Below, piece by piece: positions 18,488-30,799 of a DNA stretch of 64,000 nt. This DNA comes from Eledone cirrhosa (lineage: Eukaryota), in assembly GCA_964016885.1 (NCBI GenBank), contig OZ024752.1, positions 8,370,001 to 8,434,000 of the forward strand. The letters are read 5' to 3'. Numbering within the stretch: position 1 is the first letter of the stretch; each line of letters opens with the position of its first letter. The notes beneath the pieces are model-generated. The model saw nothing but the letters and a program-made list of their open reading frames with translations, had not been told where the DNA came from and did not search any database. Position numbers and translations under genes: made by a program.

Positions 18488-19131
18488 ACATGAATCGATG
18501 TATGACATACCTCAACTGTCTTGATGGTTCAATTCCAGTCTTGGCAGTATAATAAAACATTTTGATTAAGTGAATGTCTTCACTTATTAATATTATTCAA
18601 AATATTAATAACTCCAGAAAACCTACTGTAGAGTGCTTTTACTCTATTGTAAAACTATATTCAATGAGTAATCAATGAACCATATTAATATATATATATA
18701 TATAAGTTTATCCCGGGTTCAATCGGGGGTAACCACAGTAAGTAAGGTACTCAAGTATAAATATTTAATATAGAAATGGCTTCTACAGGATGATTTCTCC
18801 CAAATGAAACAGTTCTAGTCCTGTAGAAGCCATTTCTATATTATATATTCCATTCTGCTAGTTACACTACAGATGTTCACAATGGAAATATAAACACATC
18901 AATACAATTAATGATACTGTAAATAATATCAGGTTTATTCAGTTTTTATCATAAATATTGTTACATTATTGTGTTTATATGTAAATATATAAATTTCTCT
19001 GTGGTTCCTTAGAAAATACGAAGGAACTGTAATACTTTGATGTGATTTTATTTAAACAACCCAAAATATAATCACAATAGTAAATTTATAATAATTGTTT
19101 CTACTTTTGGTACTTTATTTTGTGGACCCCG

Positions 19132-19177
<46 letters not shown>

Positions 19178-19781
19178 ATTGTTTCTACTTTTGGCACAAG
19201 GCCAACAATTATCCCAGTGCATTACTGGTACTTTATTTTATCGACCCCGTAAGGATGAAAGGCAAAGTTAACCTCGGCGGGATTTGAACTCAGAATGGCA
19301 AAGGCCGTAACTCTATGCTGCAAAGTATGGCGTCCGACCCTCTACCGATTCTGCCAAAGGCAATATAATGTTGTTTTCTAAGGGACATGGCCGTAGGAGA
19401 TCCATTACTTTAGCCCCCTAACCTGGCATCGACCAGGGTTTAGCTGACCATATGAATGCATATAATACTGTTTCATTTATTGGCCTCAAGTGCCGACATA
19501 TAGGGGACAATACAATAGACGGGGACAGTTGGGAGGGTTTACACACAAATCGAGTAAAAATGTAATAACAATAAACAAGAAAAATACAGAGTTTCCTCAA
19601 AACAAAGGAATATCGACATGTTTAAGCAGGAATTGGCAATTATTGGAAGAAGAAAGACTGCTTAAGTTAATACCACCAGCCATACATGGGTTATGTGAGA
19701 GTTGAGACAATAAATATATAAATATTCTAAGCTACAATATTGTAAGACAGTTGTAAACATAAAATATGCTTTAAAGCTTAC

Positions 19782-19843
19782 CTATGAAGTGCCTGGCAGG
19801 TGGCAAAAGCCAGGCAAACCATTAAGAGGAAGGACACTTTCAT
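19782..19843 (-). CDS. first coding exon (signal peptide) of a secreted protein, probably a cathepsin D/pepsin-family aspartic protease; later exons not found in the window
   Basis: ATG encodes MKVSFLLMVCLAFATCQALH+AG followed by GTAAGC donor; '-ALxR' with a phase-2 intron matches exon 1 of A1 aspartic proteases; TATA and Inr upstream. Confidence 0.6.
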
Positions 19844-19869
19844 GATGTTGATTGCATACAAGTCAAACG

Positions 19870-19906
19870 AACTGAAGAGTGTAGTGCTCTGTAACTGGCT
19901 TATATA
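19870..19906 (-). promoter_or_regulatory. TATA box + initiator core promoter
   Basis: TATATAAG (19906-19899) ~30 nt upstream of TCAGTT (19875-19870), which is ~30 nt upstream of the ATG at 19843. Confidence 0.65.
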
Positions 19907-20160
19907 GTAGCAGCAGCCCGGTAACCTGCATAAACAGATATCACGTAACAACACTCTCTTCAACCGGCAGTAGCCCGATAATCTGTATAAATAGATAACG
20001 TACACGATCTTAGAGGACAGTAGCCCGGTAACCTGTATAAATAGATAACGTACAACAACATCTTAGACGATAGTAGCCCGATAACCTGTATAGATAGATA
20101 ACCTACAACAACAATCTCTCAGATGACAGTCGCCCGGTAACGTGTATAGATAGATAACAA
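19907..20160. repeat. ~50-57 bp tandem repeat, 5 copies
   Basis: GTAGCCCGGTAACCTGTATAAATAGATAAC repeated. Confidence 0.9.
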
Positions 20161-20616
20161 AATAAGCTTAAAGATCAAGTTAAATTTGAAGGTGTCCGTG
20201 TCGTAAAATAAAGAAAAAATGAAAGTTACAAAGGTTATTTTCTTAAAGATAAAATATTGAGTAATTTTTATTACTTCTTTAATAATTTACTAATTTTTTT
20301 TACTTTTCGAATAAAAAATATAATTGTTTCTACTTTTGGCACAAGGCCAGCAATTAATCAGTGTATTACTGGTACTTTATTTTGTCGACCCCGTAAGGAG
20401 AAAAGGCAAAGATATCTTCGGCGGGATTTGAACTTAGAGCGTAAAGGGGCCGTGACTATGCTGCAAAGCATGGTATCCGACTCTGCTGATACTGCCAATC
20501 CACCGCCGTTTCAAATAAAAAATATATTTATAAATATGGACGGACTGAGAGAAAGGAAAAAAGCCATTTATATAAACTAGAATTTTTTTCAACACACTGA
20601 CGAGTATGTGTGTGTA

Positions 20617-20649
<33 letters not shown>

Positions 20650-20663
20650 GTGTGTATATGTGA

Positions 20664-20897
20664 CATCATCATCACCATCACCGTTTTACGTCCGTTCTTC
20701 CACGCTAGCATGGGTTAGATGGGTTGTCCTGTTGTGGGCAGTGTCCGGTCAGCTGACCTTGTCTTGCTCATGCGGGAACTGATTCTGGCTTGCTTTCTAC
20801 AGCTGGATGCCTTTCCTAACACCAACCTCATTTACAGTGAGTGCTGGGTGCTTTTTTCCGTGGCGCCTACACGTTCACTTTACAGTGTGGGCTGGGT
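20664..20897 (-). mobile_element. RTE 3'UTR-only copy (related copies at ~23114-23375 and 53544-53762)
   Basis: Matches the 3'UTR at 6350-6584, with (GAT)n tail. Confidence 0.8.
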
Positions 20898-21479
20898 GTG
20901 TATGTGTATGTGTATGTACATATACATACATTTATATGTATGAGTATATATATATAAACGTGCAAACACAGACACACTTACAAAATACACACCCAGAGAC
21001 ATACATTCACACAGACACACACACATTTATACAAGCACACATATATACACACACACACACACAGCGTAGCAAATGGAACACCAGCCGTTGTTTTGGTACA
21101 GTTTGTTTACCATCCCCTTCCTTCCTTTTACACACACACACACACACACATACAGACACAGACACACACATACAGACACACCCACACACATACAGACACA
21201 GACACACATACATACACACCCACATACACACACATTGTGTGATGGACAGAATTTAGAATGAATCCTCACAGTATTTAGTATTGTTAAAGTTGTTGCTTCG
21301 AACGAATCTGATGAAATTTAATTGAGCTGAAATGACAAATTTTAAATAAAAATATGGTAAGGCAAAATAAAATCCAAGGAAAATCGACCACATACACCTT
21401 TGATGAGTTGTAGTACACCTGAACACTGTACACAATTTTCATTAATATTATATTATTACCTTGTTTTTGTTGTAAAGAG

Positions 21480-21682
21480 AAGGGAGAAGTATGAGGTAGT
21501 CATAACAACAGTGGTAGCAGCACCCTGTTGTTGTAGAGGGGAGTAGTATGAGGTAGTCATTACAACAGTGGTAGCAGCACCCTGTTGTTGTAGAGAGAGG
21601 GGAGTAGTATGAGGTAGTCATAACAACAGTGGTAGCAGCACCCTGTTGTTGTAAAGAGAGGGGAGTAGTATGAGGTAGTCAA
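21480..21682. repeat. ~59-bp tandem repeat, ~3.5 copies
   Basis: GAGTAGTATGAGGTAGTCATAACAACAGTGGTAGCAGCACCCTGTTGTTGTA repeated. Confidence 0.9.
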
Positions 21683-22082
21683 ACTACTCCTTGTAACAGA
21701 ATCGCAGAAATTTATATATACACTAGACGATCCTTGACCTGCTGGGTCATGTTCACTTCAAAATATTTTTTAAATAATTAAAATATACACAGCCATGTAT
21801 ATAATGTGAAATGAAACTGGAAGGCCCATATATATATACGTGTGTGTATGTATATATATAAATGTGTGTGTGTATATATATATAAATGTGTGTGTGTAGA
21901 TATATATATATGTGTGTATATATATATATATGTGTGTGTGTATATATATATATATATGTGGGTGTCCGTGATCTATATATACTGGTTATAGGCACACACA
22001 CACATATATATTTATATATATATATACCCACACACTCACATATATATACGTGTGTGTATGTATATATATATAAATGTATGTG

Positions 22083-22830
22083 TCATCATCATCATCATCA
22101 CCGTTTTACGTCCGTTCTTCCACGCTAGCATGGGTTAGACGGGTTGTCCTGTTGTGGGCAGTGTCTGGTCGGCTGACCATGCCTTGCTCATACAGGAACT
22201 GATCTGGCTTGATTTCTACAGCTGGATGCCCTTCCTAACACCAACCTCATTTACAGTGAGTGCTGGGTGCTTTTTTGCCGTGGCACCTACACGTCCACTT
22301 TACAGTGTGGGCTGGGTGCTTTTTTGCCGTGGCACCTCCACGACCACCTTGCGGTGGGGGGAGTGGGGGCATATTGTTTATATGCTTCAGCATGTACCCA
22401 TGGGAGGTCGGGTACCCTGTATTACTGCATGACGCCAGAAGTCACGGTCGTGTGTCATTGTCTTTGAGAGGTGTAGTTGGGTAAGGTCGGCTTTTATCAC
22501 CTCATCCCAAGTCATCTTGGGTCTCCCCACTCCGCGGTTTCCATCAACTTCTAGTGCTCTGCACCTTTTTATGCAGCTGTCATCCTTCATACGCATCACA
22601 TGTCCATACCAGCGCAACCGCCTCTCCTGCACACAGCATTTGATTCCTCTTATGCTCAGTCTCTCTCTCAATTCCTTTATGCTTTGTCGTTCACGTATAT
22701 TACTGTTACACATCCATCGGAGCATGCAGGCTTCGTTTCTCTCTAATCTACGTAAGTCTTCCACCTTCAGCGCCCAGGTCTCACTACCATGCAACATCGC
22801 TGTTCGGATACACGCATCATACAGTCTGCC
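22083..22830 (-). mobile_element. RTE LINE 3' fragment
   Basis: ORF 22387-22797 is almost identical to the 5592-6281 protein; same 3'UTR and tail. Confidence 0.92.
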
Positions 22831-24049
22831 TGTGTGTATACATATATATATATATGTATGTGTGTGTATTTATATATATATGTGGGTGTCCGTGATCTAT
22901 ATATACTGGTCATATACACACATATATATATACACACACACACACATATATATATATATGTACCCTTTTGGCTGTATTACATTACAGACAAGCAAGCAAT
23001 CACAGAGTTTTAGTAGTGTATAGATATACAGGTGATCTTTCGTTTAAGGTAGACATGATATAAATGACAATATTTTCCAGTGGAGCTGAGAGCCATTACT
23101 ATCACACACTCCCATCATCATCATCATCATCTTCGTTTAACGTCCATCTTCCACGCTAGCATGGGTTAGACGGGAGTTGTCCCACTTGAGGCAAGGTTGG
23201 TCGGGTGACCATGTCTCACTCGTATAGGACTATTTGGCAGGTTTTCTACAGTTGGATGCCCTTCCTAACACCAAGCACATTTACAGTGTGGAACTGGGAA
23301 CTTTTTACCGTGTTACCTACATGGCCACATTACAGCGTGGACTGTGTGTTTTTTTCCTGTGACACCTACACGATCTATATGTTCTATTGTGATGGTTATG
23401 TATATTTTGATAAATGTAATCTGAGTTTTTCGAATATTAATAATAATATTTGATTCGTTTGCAATTATACAAACAGCCTCTTTAAACCATGTAAGTAGAA
23501 TGACCACGTCATTCTTGCTCTTGTGTTGGCATGTAAACAGAACGGCAGACACTAATGTTTCTGGGTGATTACCCTTCATCAGTACAGTATACTGCTTACC
23601 TGCCAACTGTCAGAGCTAGTGAAAATATATGATATTTTCTAAACGATACAGTGACTGATCGGCCTGATTTGCATATATTTTAATATTTTCTTTCTTTTTC
23701 TTTTTACAAATAAAGAAATGAAACTTTCACAGAGAAAACAATACTAGAAGTTTTATTCACAGCTCTATAAATAACATTACAAATTGTTTATAATTTTTTC
23801 AGAATGAAAATATAAACACATAATTATTTTTATATTTAGGCACAAGGCCAGCAATTTTGGGGGAGGGAAAGTCAATTAAATCGATCCCAGTGCATTACTG
23901 GTACTTTATTTTATCGATCCTGTAAGGATGAAAGGCAAAGCTAACCTCGGCGGGATTTGAACTCAGATTGTAAAGAGCCATAGCTCTTTATTGTCTCATC
24001 TGCGATTCCACAGTCAGTGATTCTTTAGCCCTCTCCCACATCATGGACA

Positions 24050-24740
24050 CCTCAGTAAATGTGAGGGTCACTGCTTCTGTTGCCAAAGGAATCAAATCCT
24101 AAACTACCAGGAACTTCTTGTCATTGCTGGGGACTTACCTTGAGGGTGCCTGGTTTCAGCACCTTAACCTCGCCATCACCCAGCCTTACTGAGATGTCAG
24201 GTAATCCCCGTGAGAGTGCTTGGTTATTTCAGCACCTTAGTCTCGCCATCACCCGGCCTTACTGAGATGTCAGGTGATGCCCGTGAGAGTGCTTGGCTAT
24301 TTTAGCACCTTAGTCTCGCCATCACCCGGCCTTACTGAGATGTCAGGTGATGCCCGTGAGAGTGCTTGGTTATTTCAGCGCCTTAGTCTCGCCATCACCC
24401 GGCCTTACTGAGATGTCAGGTGATGCCCGTGAGAGTGCTTGGCTATTTTAGCACCTTAGTCGCGCCATCACCCGGCCTTACTGAGATGTCAGGTGATGCC
24501 CGTGAGAGTGCTTGGCTATTTTAGCACCTTAGTCTCGCCATCACCCGGTCTTACTGAGATGTCAGGTGATGCCCGTGAGAGTGCTTGGTTATTTTAGCAC
24601 CTTAGTCTCGCCATCACCCGGTCTTACTGAGATGTCAGGTGATGCCCGTGAGAGTGCTTGGTTATTTTAGCACCTTAGTCTCGCCATCATCCACTGTAAT
24701 GCTACCAGTGTGTTGGCTTACCTCAAAATATTCCCTTGAC
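24050..24740 (+). mobile_element. degenerate CRE-clade LINE C-terminal fragment containing a 73-bp tandem array (7 copies, 24184-24690)
   Basis: Unit encodes RESAWLFQHLSLAITR, homologous to 55814-55996 (EGAWLFQRISLAITRGNAASVLA); the array is followed by the continuing NATSVLA segment. Confidence 0.75.
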
Positions 24741-24897
24741 CTTGTGATGTGGTGTGCAACCAATTATCACACTTGGTGGTGAATTGATGGTTGTTTTTGT
24801 TCGTCCGTTTGTTTATTTTTTCTCTTGCTTTGATCATAAATTTTTGTGCGTTGTATTTGTGAGGTTCTGAGCAATAATTAATGGTATTTGATATATG

Positions 24898-24996
<99 letters not shown>

Positions 24997-25014
24997 TATA
25001 TATACATATACATA

Positions 25015-25054
<40 letters not shown>

Positions 25055-25329
25055 CATATATATATAGATATACATATGTGTGTTTATATATAATTGTTTC
25101 TACTTTAGGCACAAGGCCAGCAAAAACCCAGTACATTACTGGTACTTTATTTTATCGACCCCGTAAGGATGAAAGGCAAAGTTAACCTCGGAGGGATTTG
25201 AACTCAGACTGTAAAGGGACGTAACTATGCTAGAAAGCATGGCGTCCAACCCTCTACCGATACTATCTTTCTATAAGGAGTGTTCGTTATTTGTGAGATT
25301 CCTGGCAATAATTAATGGTAATTAATATA

Positions 25330-25497
25330 CCGTATTTCCCAGCATCGAAGATGCTACTTTTTCCCTAAAATAAGTCTCAAAAATCTATCATGTGTCCAGG
25401 AGGTCAAAGGTTGTTTATTATTTTTTTTCAAATTTTTGGTTGTCAAAATTAGGGTGCATCCTCGAGGATGAAGCGTCTTCGGCACCGGGAAATATGG
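25330..25497. mobile_element. pogo/Tigger-like MITE (longer relative at 50937-51278)
   Basis: TA-CCGTATTTCCC...GGGAAATATGG inverted ends; internal TTTTTGGTTGTCAAAATT shared with 51210. Confidence 0.6.
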
Positions 25498-26261
25498 TGT
25501 TTTTATATTTTTGTTTATATTTTCATTCTGTAAGAATTATAAACAATTTGTAATCATATTTATAGAACTGTGAATAATAAAAGTTTGTATAATAATGGTT
25601 TCTACTTTTGGCACAAGGCCAGCAATTGGAAGGGAAGGGGAAAGTCGATTAAATCGACCCCAGTATGTTACTGGTACTTTATTTTATTGACCTCCGTAAG
25701 GATGAAAGGAGTATGTATAGCATGGACGTACAACCTCTGGTCCAGAGATGACTAGCTGTTGCTTATATCACGGCAAAGCTCCTTTACAGCATGTTTGGAG
25801 GTAAGAGTAATTGGCAGCACACGAAAACTCTGTGGCAGGAGAGGGAGGGTGAAAAGTCCGAGGGTTCCCTCTCCCTCTCCTGCCTCCAGGGTGTGGAGGG
25901 AGTCCTTTGCAGCATATTTGGAGGTAAGATTAATTGGTAGCACACAAAAACTGTGAGGCAGGAGAGGGAGGGCGAAAATTCCGAGGTTCACCTCTCTCCT
26001 TCTCTGTTTTCCGGAGGGTGTAGTCCTTTGCAGCATCTTCGGAAGTATCAAAACTGATGAGTATAGGATCAGTTGGCTGTTATTTGCAGATAACATGGTG
26101 CTAATTAACTCATGGTGCTAATTAATTCATCAGAAGGTGATCTCTGACATGCACTTGATAGGTTTGTTGCCAAGTGCAGCACAGCAGGAATGAAAATTAA
26201 TGTTGCAAAGAGTGAGACATTTGTCCTCTCAAGAATCCTCTATAATATACTTTACATTTAT

Positions 26262-29200
26262 AATAATAATAATGAAATTATTGTGTACAGTGCTCAGGTG
26301 CACTACAACTCATCAAAGGTGCATGTATAGTACATAGAATAATATACAAATGTCAGGAAAATGAACAGTGTCTGAGTCATGATATACACACAGATACATG
26401 TGTGTGTGTATGGAGGGGGAATATCAGGTGTAGTGTTGGTGAATTTCAGGAAGCATGGAGGTTTTAAAGGATGCAGTGTCTCGACGGCTAACAACTGATG
26501 CAGGTAGTTTGTTCCATGGAGGTTTTAAAGGATGCAGTGTCTCGGCAGCTAACAACTGATGTAGGTAGTTTGTTCCATGGAGGTTTTAAAGGGTGCAGTG
26601 TCTCGACAGCTAACAACTGATGCAGGTAGTTTGTTCCATGGAGGTTTTAAAGGATGCAGTGTCTCGGCAGCTAACAACTGATGTAGGTAGTTTGTTCCAT
26701 GGAGGTTTTAAAGGGTGCAGTGTCTCGACAGCTAACAACTGATGCAGGTAGTTTGTTCCATGGAGGTTTTAAAGGATGCAGTGTCTCGGCAGCTAACAAC
26801 TGATGTAGGTAGTTTGTTCCATGGAGGTTTTAAAGGGTGCAGTGTCTCGACAGCTAACAACTGATGTAGGTAGTTTGTTCCATGGAGGTTTTAAAGGATG
26901 CAGTGTCTCGACGGCTAACAACTGATGCAGGTAGTTTGTTCCATGGAGGTTTTAAAGGATGCAGTGTCTCGGCAGCTAACAACTGATGTAGGTAGTTTGT
27001 TCCATGGAGGTTTTAAAGGGTGCAGTGTCTCGACAGCTAACAACTGATGTAGGTAGTTTGTTCCATGGAGGTTTTAAAGGATGCAGTGTCTCGACGGCTA
27101 ACAACTGATGCAGGTAGTTTGTTCCATGGAGGTTTTAAAGGATGCAGTGTCTCGGCAGCTAACAACTGATGTAGGTAGTTTGTTCCATGGAGGTTTTAAA
27201 GGGTGCAGTGTCTCGACAGCTAACAACTGATGTAGGTAGTTTGTTCCATGGAGGTTTTAAAGGATGCAGTGTCTCGACAGCTAACAACTGATGCAGGTAG
27301 TTTGTCCATGGAAGTTTTAAAGGATGCAGTGTCTCGACAGCTAACAACTGATGTAGGTAGTTTGTTCCATGAAGGTTTTAAAGGATGCAGTGTCTCGACA
27401 GCTAACAACTGATGTAGGTAGTTTGTTCCATGGAGGTTTTAAAGGATGCAGTGTCTCGACAGCTAACAACTGATGTAGGTAGTTTGTTCCATGGAGGTTT
27501 TAAAGGGTGCAGTGTCTCGACAGCTAACAACTGATGTAGGTAGTTTGTTCCATGGAGGTTTTAAAGGATGCAGTGTCTCGACAGCTAACAACTGATGCAG
27601 GTAGTTTGTCCATGGAAGTTTTAAAGGATGCAGTGTCTCGACAGCTAACAACTGATGTAGGTAGTTTGTTCCATGAAGGTTTTAAAGGATGCAGTGTCTC
27701 GACAGCTAACAACTGATGTAGGTAGTTTGTTCCATGGAGGTTTTAAAGGATGCAGTGTCTCGACAGCTAACAACTGATGTAGGTAGTTTGTTCCATGGAG
27801 GTTTTAAAGGATGCAGTGTCTCGACAGCTAACAACTGATGTAGGTAGTTTGTTCCATGGAGGTTTTAAAGGATGCAGTGTCTCGACAGCTAACAACTGAT
27901 GCAGGTAGTTTGTCCATGGAAGTTTTAAAGGATGCAGTGTCTCGACAGCTAACAACTGATGTAGGTAGTTTGTTCCATGAAGGTTTTAAAGGATGCAGTG
28001 TCTCGACAGCTAACAACTGATGTAGGTAGTTTGTTCCATGGAGGTTTTAAATGGTGCAGTGTCTCGATAGCTAACAACTGATGTAGGTAGTTTGTTCCAT
28101 GGAGGTTTTAAAGGGTGCAGTGTCTCGATAGCTAACAACTGATGTAGGTAGTTTGTTCCATGAAGGTTTTAAAGGATGCAGTGTCTCGACAGCTAATAAC
28201 TGATGCAGGTAGTTTGTTCCATGGAGGTTTTAAAGGATGTAGTGTCTCGACAGCTAACAACTGATGCAGGTAGTTTGTTCCATAGAGGTTTTAAAGGATG
28301 TAGTGTCTCGACAGCTAACAACTGATGCAGGTAGTTTGTTCCATGGAGGTTTTAAAGGATGTAGTGTCTCGACAGCTAACAACTGATGCAGGTAGTTTGT
28401 TCCATGGAGGTTTTAAAGGATGCAGTGTCTCGACAGCTAACAACTGATGTAGGTAGTTTGTTCCATGAAGGTTTTAAAGGATGCAGTGTCTCGACAGCTA
28501 ATAACTGATGCAGGTAGTTTGTTCCATGGAGGTTTTAAAGGGTGCAGTGTCTCGGCAGCTAACGACTGATGTAGGTAGTTTGTTCCATGAAGGTTTTAAA
28601 GGATGTAGTGTCTCGACAGCTAACAACTGATGTAGGTAGTTTGTTCCATGGAGGTTTTAAAGGGTGCAGTGTCTCGACAGCTAACAACTGATGTAGGTAG
28701 TTTGTTCCATGGAGGTTTTAAAGGGTGCAGTGTCTCGACAGCTAACAACTGATCTAGGTAGTTTGTTCCATGGAGGTTTTAAAGGGTGCAGTGTCTCGAC
28801 AGCTAACAACTGATCTAGGTAGTTTGTTCCATGAAGGTTTTAAAGGGTGCAGTGTCTCGACAGCTAACAACTGATGTAGGTAGTTTGTTCCATGAAGGTT
28901 TTAAAGGATGTAGTGTCTCGACAGCTAACAACTGATGTAGGTAGTTTGTTCCATGGGGGTTTTAAAGGATGCAGTGTCTCGGCAGCTAACAACTGATGTA
29001 GGTAGTTTGTTCCATGGGGGTTTTAAAGGATGCAGTGTCTCGGCAGCTAACAACTGATGCAGGTAATTTGTTCCATGAAGGTTTTAAAGGATGCAGTGTC
29101 TCGAGAGCTAATAACTGATTCAGGTAGTTTGTTCCATGAAGGTTTTAAAGGATGCAGTGTCTTAACAGCTAACAACTGATGCAGGTAGTTTGTTCCATGG

Positions 29201-29411
29201 AGGGTTTAAAGGGTGCAGTGTCTCGACAGCTAACAACTGATGCAGGTAGTTTGTTCCATGGAGGTTTTAAAGGATGCAGTGTCTCGGCAGCTAACAACTG
29301 ATGTTGGTAGTTTGTTCCATGGAGGTTTTAAAGGATGCAGTGTCCCGACAACTAACAACTGATGTAGGGAGTTTGTTCCATGGAGGTTTTAAAGGGTGCA
29401 GTGTCTCGACA
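26262..29411 (-). repeat. CR1 LINE 3' end carrying a ~48-copy 61-bp satellite derived from CR1 ORF2
   Basis: 26262-26455 matches the CR1 3'UTR/tail at 43130-43310; the unit encodes WNKLPASVVSCRDTASFK and matches 43310-43370. Confidence 0.93.
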
Positions 29412-30799
29412 GATGATGGTGCTAATACATACAAATATGCAGATATAGATTTATAGTAAAACAATAGACATAGTAATGTCATCAGAATATGAGAGAAATA
29501 TGTCACACAATGTCAACTTTTCAACAATTGCAACATTCCAGGAAGGTTCTGTCCAAATTATTAAACTTCTCTTCTTCCTCACAGCATAAATTTTATTCCA
29601 GTTTAAATTCATAGTTTCTTTGTTTTTATGATCAACCATTGTTAAGGATATATTGGATCAGATCTAATGTAATATTGTATGTTTTTTAGTGTTGTCGCTG
29701 GTACTGGACACAGCTTTGTCTTGGAAGTGTGTAGAGATTTATAGTAGACTAGATGAATGACCCGGCGTTGCCCAGGCTACTGCTGTTCTTATTCAGATTA
29801 GTAAATAACAAATATGAAAATATTTTTTTTTCTCATAATTATTCAAAATTGTAATGATAATAGAATTTAGAAATGAAAATCTGTCAATCTTGAAGCACCT
29901 CGGGGTAAACAAAATTCAGTGTGTAATTTTTTGTTAGTGCTTTTTTGTCATGACACCTACATGACCACTTTACAGTGTGGACTTGGTGCTTTTTGTCGTG
30001 TCACCTACACAACCACTTTACAGTGTGGAGTGGGTGCTTTTTGTTGTGACACCTACATGACCACTTTACAGTGGGAGGGAGGGGGGAGTATACTATCTAT
30101 ATACTTCAGCTTTGCTTTGTAAAAACCTACATACACACACTTTTTCATTTTATTCTTTAACACAACAATTAGGGGCTCAAATTTCATATAGCATAGGGCC
30201 CTCAATGTGTGAGGACCAAAGTTCTGCTCTGCTCTCACACACTCGTTGCACCCCAGAATAGTCTAAATAACACATGTTATCAACTCAGAGAATATAACCA
30301 CATGACATTTTCTTTGTCTATTTTTAACCTTCATAGTTTAATTTATTAAACATTAATATACTCGTGATTGCGTTAGTATCACAAAACAAATTAGCTTCGT
30401 CTTTGATAAGGATTAATACTTAAGCTTATTTCTGACTCTTCAATCTTTATGCTGGTCGTACGTTTTTGTTAGCTAATGAGATCAAACTTGTCTGGCCACA
30501 TAATTCTGTTGTTGCTTATTTTAGAGATTATCAATATAGTGTGGTTCAGAATAAAGACATATATATATTTACCCATTTCCCGCCCTCCCACCCCCACACA
30601 CCACCATTGCTCGCCCTCCCACCCCCAAACACCACCATTGCTATATGGTCTAATCATAACTCAGCGACTTTAGTAAGTTCTCTAACAAATCAGTATAGCA
30701 AAGCTACCACCCCGGTTACTACTCCTTAAGTTTAGACCTGTTTGATGGGTTGACTGCGGAAATTTGAAAAGTCTAAGCACTCAATGACAATGTCACAGA

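Noticed and set aside
21300-21340. CTGATGA...GAAA hammerhead-like core on the plus strand
   Set aside because: Stem II pairs poorly and no stem I or III could be found.
26455-29411. CRISPR-like array
   Set aside because: Contiguous tandem units without unique spacers, derived from CR1, in eukaryotic context with no cas genes.
29747-29780. Helitron-like end (CTAG with GC-rich hairpin)
   Set aside because: Motif is suggestive, but no matching other end or coding remnant could be established.
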